Origin: Octopus vulgaris | Taxonomy: Eukaryota | Reading direction: 5' to 3' | DNA length: 64,000 nt | Assembly: GCA_951406725.2 (NCBI GenBank) | Contig: OX597823.1 | Span: 83,266,001 to 83,330,000, forward strand | Part shown: positions 54,047 through 64,000 of the stretch, piece by piece | How the letters are laid out: the number at the start of each line of letters is the position of its first letter | How positions within the stretch are numbered: the stretch's first letter is position 1 | Notes under the pieces: model-generated | Seen by the model: the letters and a program-made list of their open reading frames with translations, nothing else | What the model was told of the DNA's origin: nothing | The model's database searches: none | Translations under genes and position numbers: made by a program

Positions 54047-54699
54047 TATATATATACATATATATATTATATATATTATATGTATGTATATGTATATATA
54101 TATATATGTATATACATATGTGTGTGCATATATATTTATATTTATATATATATATACATTTAATAATATCGGGGTAATAAAGATTTTAGAAAATTTTACT
54201 ACCAGTGGCCTAGCGTATAGAAAAATTAGTCGACTATATATTATTCATATAAAATACAGTGTACATTTAAACATTAAGAGGCGTCCATCATTAAGAGGTG
54301 TACATTAAGAGGCGTCCATCATGGGACAACCTTGCGCTAGAAGGAACAACTAAAGTCCAAACCACTAATTAGTAATAAAATCTCGAAGGAAATGAAAAAT
54401 AAAAACATTTACCATCTATTTCCTGGATAATGGTGTCTGAATTTTTTTAGCAAATAAAATAATTTGCCAGGTGAAGTCTTCGTCAACAGGTACACCAAGA
54501 TTAAACATATAAGCACGAGGCCAATCCAGCATGTGCCTCTTGCTTATACATTTTAATTATTTGCAAAAAGAAAGTCAGACACCATTATCCAGGAAATAGC
54601 TGGTAAATGTTTTTATTTTTCATTCCCTTCGAGATTTAGTGGTTTTGCCCGGCGCGCTAACGATTCTGCCAGCTCACTGTTTTACTAATAATCATAATA

Positions 54700-55280
54700 A
54701 TAATCCTTCCTACGAAAGGCACGAGGCCTGAAATTTGGTGGGAGGGGACAAGCCAATTATATCGACCCCAGTACTTCACTGGTAGTTAGTTTATCGACCC
54801 CGAAAAAACGAAAGGCAAAGTCGACCACGACGGAATTTGAACTCAGGACGTCAGGACGGGCGAAATGCCGCTAAGCATTTTGCCCGGCGTGCTAACGATT
54901 GTTCCAGCTCGCCGCCTTACTAATAATTGCAATAATAGTAATAAGGATGATGATTTCAAAACCTGGCACAAGGCTAGGTTTTCGGAGGAGAGGGTAACGT
55001 GATTACATCGATCCTAGTGCACATCTAGAACTTATTTTCATCGATCCTAGTGCACATCTAGAACTTATCCCGAAAGGATGAAAGACAAAGTCGACTCCGG
55101 CGGCATTTCAACTCAGAATGTAAAGACCGAAGAAATGCCACTAAACATTTTGAAGAATAGTAATAATAATCCTTTCTACTATAGGCACAAGGAGTAAGTC
55201 GATTATATCAACCCCAGGATATGACTGGTACTTAATTTATCGACCTCGAAAGAATAAAAAGCAATGATAACCTTGGCGAA
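54700..55280 (-). mobile_element. Cluster of SINE family A copies
   Basis: Repeated ggcacaagg/tcgacccc/ggaatttgaactcag blocks. Confidence 0.75.
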
Positions 55281-55284
55281 TAAC

Positions 55285-56135
55285 CAGGCATTAACTATCA
55301 TGGCTTCTGATCTTAACTGATTGGAATGTACATTGTTTTGTCTTGGTATAAAAGATGGGCTACAGCAAATATTCTGCTCAATATCACAAATTTGCTTGTC
55401 AGTCATTTCACCTTAACCAGTTGAGCATTTCCCTTGGTAGTTGATGATATGTGCATCTCTGATCACGAGCAGAAGTAGTGGGGGAGCATCATAGCCATGT
55501 TGAGTGGAATTTCCTTAGGGTTTGGATAATTCACCTCTGGAAAAATGGGTGTTTCGTTCAACATCTTTAAGCAAACCTTATTCAAGGACCTTTTGAGAGA
55601 GACGAGCTACTCGGCCTGAAGAAAATTCTAACTGAGCCCCACATGCAACGTCATGCGATGGGTTATAGCAAGTATTCTGCTCAACACTACAGATTTATTT
55701 GTCAGTTGTTTCACCTTAACCAGTTGAGCATGTCCCTTGATGGCTGACAATATGTGCATCTCTGATCACGAGCAGAAGTAGTGGCGGGGGGCATCATAGC
55801 CATGTGTTGATAGGAATTCTTTGGGTTTTGGATAATTCACCCTTGGAAACATGGATGTTTCGTTCAACATCCTTAAAGAACCCTTTTGAGCAGGATGGGC
55901 TACTCAAACTGTAGCAAATTTTAACTGGGCTCCACCTGCAAGGTCATACGCTGTTTATCTTGATATGAAATCACTATGTCACGCAAATATAATCGTGAAT
56001 CATATGCCTGGTATACCCTTATCAGATGGGTAGTCACGATGAGTATACTGGGCTTCATATATTTGAACCCCAATGTCACTTTGATGGCATGCATTGCTCT
56101 CTCATTCAATAATGATAATAATAATAATAATAATA
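55285..56135 (+). mobile_element. Interspersed repeat ending in an (AAT)n tail (LINE 3' UTR-like) with an internal 303-bp tandem duplication
   Basis: gatgggctacagcaaatattctgctcaa at 55354 recurs at 55657. Confidence 0.6.
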
Positions 56136-56610
<475 letters not shown>

Positions 56611-56712
56611 AGACTATTGCGGCTGCTTTTGCAAGCTCGTCAAAACCATATGCTGAGAGCTAATGTTTTTGACGCCCTTCTTTATTTCTTATTTTCATTA
56701 TTATTCTCATTT

Positions 56713-56755
<43 letters not shown>

Positions 56756-56932
56756 TCTATTGTTAGAGATTAAGATTCCTTCACCAGATTCCCCATTGCC
56801 AATTGATGATGTCCAAAGTAGCTTCCAAGAATAATTTCAAGTTGTTTAGGTTTCATTGAATACGACAGGTTGGCATGTAAACCTCCGCTCTACTGATTCC
56901 ATGTTTCTCTCTACAACCTCTCCCTCTCCCTT

Positions 56933-56992
<60 letters not shown>

Positions 56993-57267
56993 CAACTGAT
57001 CTGAATTTTTGTTTGTACTATTAAGATATTAGGAGATAATAGCTGTCCTTTAAACCTGTGTGCGGGTATGTAAGGTGCATGTGTGAGTGAGAATATGTGC
57101 GTGTGTGTGTGTATTTATACACATACATATACATACACATACATATATACACCAGCACAACACGCATACCTGTATGTATTATATATATTTACGCATATGT
57201 GTGTAATTGTGTACATATCTCTTCCTCTGTCTCTCTCTCTATATATATATATATGCGTGTGTATATA

Positions 57268-57298
<31 letters not shown>

Positions 57299-57879
57299 AC
57301 ATATATATGTGTGTGTGTATGCATATATATATATATATATATATATATTCATATATATAAACATAAATGTATATATTCAACCATATATATATATATATAA
57401 ACATATATAGAGGTATGTATATATGTGTATATGCTTGTGTGTGTATGCATGTGCATGTATGTGTATGTGTGTTATGTTCAAGCACATGTGTACTATGGTA
57501 TAAGATCGGCATGACTGAGCTAAATACAGTACCGATTAGGATTAAGAACTTTCATCGCCAACTGTTTTTAAGGGAGATCTCTATCGACAAATTCAAACGT
57601 GCTCGCACACACGCGCACACACATACACACACACACGCACTCACACACACAAAGTTATGTATGCACATATGGGCGTATGTCTATATAAGTAAGTTTATAT
57701 GTATATATATTTATTTATTTATATTTTTGTTTATAAGTGTATATCTGGGTATCTATATATTAAAAACATTTTGTATGATTACAAAATATGTGTGTATGTA
57801 CATATGTATGCGCATACATATGTGCGCGCACGCATATATAGTCTAAGTGTATATTTTTATATATACGTATCTATATAAG

Positions 57880-57926
<47 letters not shown>

Positions 57927-57959
57927 CTATACGTATGTAGATGTTATATGTATATATGC

Positions 57960-57999
<40 letters not shown>

Positions 58000-58576
58000 A
58001 AATGTATATATACACACACACATGGGTGTATGCATATATATATATATATATATATATATGCATTTGCACTCACAAATACGCACGTAGTTCTTCATATATC
58101 CAACCATGAAGAAATTGCTGTACAGAACTCTAAAATAAATTCAAGCAATGTGATACAAACTATCAGAAAAGATTATTAAAAGCCAAAAGCATTGGCAGTA
58201 AATCTTTTATAAATCTTTTATTAAGCAGTATCCTGCTTTCTTTAAACACTCATATGCCGAAAAGAACTCATCGACAAAGCATATCGCTATATTACCGACT
58301 TTAAATGTAAACCTGACATCTTCTATGACATACCAGATGTTCACAAAAGTAAAGAAATATTTGAAGCATGCAAAGGAACCACAGACATATACATTAAGGC
58401 TCCTCTCACCAAATGATTTAAAATTCAGATTTGTAATAGCTGGTTCACATGCCATCACAAACACGTACCGAGATAAAAGAAAAACTGAAGTTAGCCGAAA
58501 TCATGCAAAATAAATATTAGTAAAGACCAAACTTCACACATGAACGACATAACCACCAGTAAAAGTACGCGGAATA

Positions 58577-58794
58577 CGAAGGATGTTGAAGAGCTCCTGG
58601 CTTAAAGCCAGGGTATTACGAAAGGTCTGGTTGGAGACTCAACCTTCTGGGTTCTTTTACGAGGATTAGAAAATCTAGACTACTACCAATAAGTGAGTGA
58701 ATCTGAGAGGGGAATATGTTCAATAAAATCATAATGAACTGATCCTCCTGTATTTTCTTTTACCCAAAGCCAGGAACTTTTCAGCACCCACTCG
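58577..58794 (+). mobile_element. Mariner-derived MITE inserted next to a PLE remnant
   Basis: TA|cgaaggatgttgaagagctcctggctt ... aagccaggaacttttcagcacccactcg|TA. Confidence 0.75.
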
Positions 58795-58799
58795 TATTT

Positions 58800-58980
58800 A
58801 TGAAACTGTCAGAATGATAGACGGTCTGTTTTAAAAGTGGAAAGTCTTCAAAATTAAAAAAACAACTACATATGTGTGTCTGAAAACCAAATTTATGCAA
58901 ATACACGCTCAGGAAGTGAAGAGAACTACATAGGGCAAACAAGGATGTCCTTTACACAACGCAGAACCTGTATAGATAAA
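58800..58980 (+). pseudogene. PLE GIY-YIG endonuclease remnant
   Basis: KVFKIKK..SENQIYANTRSGSEENYIGQTRMSFTQRRT (xIY..YIGQT motif). Confidence 0.7.
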
Positions 58981-59762
58981 AAAATTAGGAGGCGGAGGAG
59001 GAGGAGGAGGAAGGCGAGGAGGAAGAGGAAGAGAAGGCGAGGAAGAAGCAGACGAAGAGGAAGAAGACGAGGAGGAAGGGGAAGAGGAGCTGCAGCAGCA
59101 GAAGGATATGGCCACTACTCTCTTACTACTAAAGAAAAGAAACAAACCACCCTCTCTAAACCAACGGATTTAAGCATTTCCACCTCCACTGATTAGCTCT
59201 ACTACTGCAACCATTACTACTGCTCTCCTGATGTTGCTACAACTGCTACTGCTGCGGCTACTACTACTACTACCACCATCATACAACTCACACTGTCGAT
59301 AACCATTCTTAATATGAGCATTGCTAGTAAGGAACAAAAACAGTTATTACTACCAAAAATGTTTATACCGCTATTTGGACCCAGCAGCCATGAGATGGAG
59401 ACCAATAAACAACCTCATATGAATTTGAAAAGAATTTTATGTGAACTTCCAAAAATTAGATCATTAAAGATTAATGTATTTCAATGTTTTTTCTCCTCTC
59501 TTCAAGTATGACTAAATCAGTTTAAATAATTGAAACCGATAGCATCATTTGATAAAAATGTAAATATTTTATCTTGTTAATGATAAAGTTCTCAAACCAT
59601 TCTTCTTCTCGTTAATAATATAAAGTTATTAGTGTCACACTTCTTAATATTTACAATATAGGCAAACCGACACGCAGACAAGCAGGCAGATGGATAGATA
59701 AATAGATAGATTGATTGATTGATAAACAGACAGGCAGGCAGACAGACAGACAGACAGATAGC

Positions 59763-59866
<104 letters not shown>

Positions 59867-60377
59867 CATGCGTATATTCTTAATCAATCTTTATCATCGA
59901 AAATAATGATACTTAAGTTGATTCATTTGATCATTTATTTATATTGTTTATTTTATGAATTTATTTCTTTTGATGATTTCTCTTTGACGTTATTTTGTTT
60001 GTTTTGTTTTGTTTTTTTGTCGTTGCTGTATTAATTGACGTTATGTCTGTTTCTATAACATCTTTTTAAAACTTTTATTTTTTGCATTTTCTTCGATGTT
60101 AATCAAGACAGATATTCGTACTTACAAAAATAGACAGACACATAGATTCTACCCATATTATATTATATATGCAGATAGTATAATACAATATGTATATGTG
60201 TGTGTATACGTGTATATATATGTTTGTGTGTGTGTGTGCGTATATGTATATATATATATATATGTGTGTATATATACACATGTATCTGTATGCATAATGT
60301 TTATTCATTCAATTCATTCATGGATATACATATGTATGCATATATATATATATATATGTATTTATAACTATCTAGCT

Positions 60378-60415
<38 letters not shown>

Positions 60416-60430
60416 ACATGCATATACATA

Positions 60431-60491
<61 letters not shown>

Positions 60492-60630
60492 ATGCATACA
60501 TACATACATATATATATTTAATTTACTTTATATCATGAAATAGATACAAAAAACTAACATACGTTTCGGGCAAATCACTTATCCCGACACACGCATATTC
60601 AAATTCACTCATACATATACTTACACCTAG

Positions 60631-60705
<75 letters not shown>

Positions 60706-61084
60706 CATACACACAAATACACTCATATGCAAACACTGGCAGATTCACACATGATTACAGTTTATGAGACTACAAATTAGCACACCCATAATATATTAAC
60801 TATATATGTGTGTGTGTGAGTGTGTGTGTGTATTAACACACATATTCACAATTGCTCTATGATACTCATATGTATAAATACATGCCTGCGTATCTATGTA
60901 ATTATATCTTATATGAGGTGTGCACAGATGCATACGTGCATACATACATACATTCATACATACATACATACATACATACATACATACATACATACATACA
61001 TACATACATACATACATACATTCATACATACATACATACATACATACATACATACATACATACATACATACATACATACATACA

Positions 61085-61112
<28 letters not shown>

Positions 61113-61117
<5 letters not shown>

Positions 61118-61456
61118 CTTTGAAAATCAAAGAAAAGGATGATGTTTATGGACAACTGCTCCGAAACCTCCAGCTTCTGTATATAGACTATGAGTTCATA
61201 TTCATAGCATTAATAATCGGAGCACTATGTTTTGTTAGTAAATGCTTAAAGGAGAATCTGGATAAACGGGGACTTTCAGAAAGAGAAACTGACCGGCTAA
61301 TTCGTACATTACAAGTGCAATCTGTGAGTGGAAGAGTAAAAATATGCAAGACTTTTTTCACGTTCCAAATGTGAATTTTTCTGTGTTAACGACATCTCAA
61401 AGATGAAGCCTTGTATCTTTGTTGGAAACCGGACCCCTTCTCAGTGGAAGATTTAT

Positions 61457-61460
<4 letters not shown>
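61113..61460 (+). mobile_element. R4/Dong-like RLE non-LTR retrotransposon 3' fragment between (CATA)n and (TA)n
   Basis: KIKEKDDVYGQLLRNLQLLY..FIFIALIIGALCFVSKCLKENL..LIRTLQVQSVSGRVKICKTF*, then about 85 bp of 3' UTR. Confidence 0.65.
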
Positions 61461-61509
<49 letters not shown>

Positions 61510-61513
<4 letters not shown>

Positions 61514-61895
61514 GCTGTATGATAAGTAGCTTGCTTACCACCCACATGGTTCCGGGTTCATTCCCACTACGTGGCACCTTGGGCAAGTGTCTTCTACTAT
61601 AGCCCAACCAAAGCCTTGTGAGTGGAGTTGGTAGTCGGAAAGTAAAAGAAGCCCGTTGTATATATGTATATACATATATATGTTTGTGTGTGTATATGTT
61701 TGTGTGTCTGTGTTTGTACATTGCTTGACAACCGATGGTGGTGTGTTTGCGTCCCCGTAACATAGCGGTTCGGCAAAAGAGACAGATAGAATAAGTTCTA
61801 GGCTTACAAAGAATAAGCCCTCGGGTCGATTGTCTCGACTAAAAGCGGTGCTCCAGCATGGCCGCATTCAAATGACTGAAACAAGTAAAAGAGTA
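61510..61895 (+). mobile_element. SINE family B
   Basis: Head, body and tail. Confidence 0.85.
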
Positions 61896-61923
61896 ATATA
61901 TATACATATATATATACATACAT

Positions 61924-62062
<139 letters not shown>

Positions 62063-62679
62063 AAATACACAAATTCCGAAAGAGGGTCATTCGCAAGCAT
62101 GCAACACGAAGCGAGAGAGAGAGAGACGTACATAAATAAATGCAAGCCACATATAATAATTAGCTTCGATTATATTTCCATGTTATGTTAAGGAGTTATT
62201 TGATAATTAAGGCTGTCAAAGGATAAATAGAGAGTAGACAATTAACTATAAGAGAAGTAAATTGAATGTGAGTGGAATAATGAGGCGTTTATCGCTTCAC
62301 TGTTGTAACAAACGAGTAAGATAATTTAGATGAAAGCGGATTGGGTTAAGATGAAACAAGTGACAGGAATCGTTACTGTTGTATTTTCATTTGCAGACAA
62401 TACAGTGCTACAAAAGTTAGTATGGTTTAAACAGGATAATATGGCACAACACACTAGAATGTCATGCCAATAGCAACAAATTTCTTCGAACTATTTCATT
62501 ATTTGCTTTCTCTTATTTCAAAAGGGGAATCATTTTCCCGAAATATTATAGGTTCATTAAATAATATATTTGAAATAGAACAGTAGTTTGCATTTATTGA
62601 TATCACCTTACAGATTTTGCTTAAGAGGTAACCTGCATTTCTCAAAGTATTTTGTAATTATTTACCTCATGAGGTATAA

Positions 62680-62778
<99 letters not shown>

Positions 62779-62873
62779 TAGTGAACTACAAGGTTGTAGT
62801 AAAAAAATACAGTAAAAGCAATATCAATTTTCCTTTTTAAAAGCATTTCATACGTCACGGTAATTTGTGTTTA

Positions 62874-62933
<60 letters not shown>

Positions 62934-62935
<2 letters not shown>

Positions 62936-63422
62936 AAGTAAGTTAGGGGTTGTGGATCCAACCCACTAAGGGATAATATTTATCCAATATACCGTTGGTA
63001 TACTACCCAAATTATTAATACACAAGTGTTTTTAAGTGCAATGCAATTAACCTACTTATTGTATTAAATGGGTGAAGGTAAAGAAATATTTTACCATTAA
63101 TTTATAATACAAATAAGAAAATGGAGAAACAATTTAGTTGGTTTATCAGCTTTCCGATATTAGAATGTTGACTTATTTATTTATTTATTTAACAAAAATG
63201 AGAACCTTAATAACATACATATATATACATTATAATTCAATAACTGATTTCAATAATTTATATTAAGATTTTTATAATTGTATTCTTATCTTATATGTTT
63301 TGAATTATAATGTATATATGTATGCTATTAAGGTTCTCATTTATGTTAAATAAATAAATTATTCAACATTTTAATATCCGAAAGCTGATGAACCAACTAA
63401 ATTATTTCTCGATTTTCTTACT

Positions 63423-63426
<4 letters not shown>
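62934..63426. mobile_element. (TA)n-flanked element with an imperfect inverted repeat of about 130 bp
   Basis: 63107-63240 versus 63300-63426. Confidence 0.65.
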
Positions 63427-63485
<59 letters not shown>

Positions 63486-63813
63486 CATACATGAAAGTTA
63501 ACTATTTACATATATATATATATATATATATATATGCATACATACATAGTAAAAGAATAAAAAAATATATATACATATATATATATATACACATCTGCTA
63601 GAGATAATACAACAGAAACAGTGTAAATATTCTTGTGTTCCATTATTGATGCGATTACGTTAAAGCAGTTGTGGTATCCCTTATATATTTGAAATATATG
63701 CGGTCATCTGACGAGAACAGTTTCTTTTAAATGATGTCATCTATTCATTAATCAGTTAAAGGAGTTGCTTGTAACAGCCGTGTTGAATTGACACCTGCTC
63801 ATCTTCGTTACCC

Positions 63814-63846
<33 letters not shown>

Positions 63847-64000
63847 TTTCAACACATATAGGATGGGATCAGACGAGCAACAGAAATCGACATAGAAACT
63901 TTGAGAAAAGTTCAACACAACAACACACCTTCCCCGAAAATACTGCCTTACATATCCACATACAACCCCAGAAACAAAGAAGCCTTCACCATCATCACCC

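Noticed and set aside
58876-59196. Arg-rich protamine-like ORF
   Set aside because: A GIY-YIG remnant running into a (GAG/GAA)n repeat.
63378-63395. gaaagctgatga hammerhead words
   Set aside because: Wrong order and spacing for any HHR topology.

Overview
AT-rich, repeat-saturated eukaryotic DNA. The SINE families and the density of (TA)n/(CA)n/(GATA)n/(TACA)n microsatellites suggest an octopus-like cephalopod genome (inference). No intact host gene is recognisable, and almost all listed ORFs are microsatellite or SINE read-throughs. The window holds three tRNA-derived SINE families, two mariner copies, several MITEs, a non-autonomous Helitron, RTE/Tx1/R4 LINE fragments, three Penelope-like element (PLE) GIY-YIG remnants and a 5'-damaged intron-containing tRNA-Lys(UUU). 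The main signal is a set of at least five sequence-distinct minimal type-I hammerhead-ribozyme (HHR) motifs. They sit in small PLE-terminal-repeat-like units, most of which lie directly in (TA)n tracts and several of which occur as fold-back (inverted) copies. The clearest case is a 362-bp tandem array (7626-9800, about 2.5 units inverted against about 3.5 units). Its HHR has a compensatory U3-A8 core and its inversion junction lies 2-4 nt from the predicted cleavage site. All structures were folded by eye, and fold-back assembly artefacts cannot be excluded without reads.
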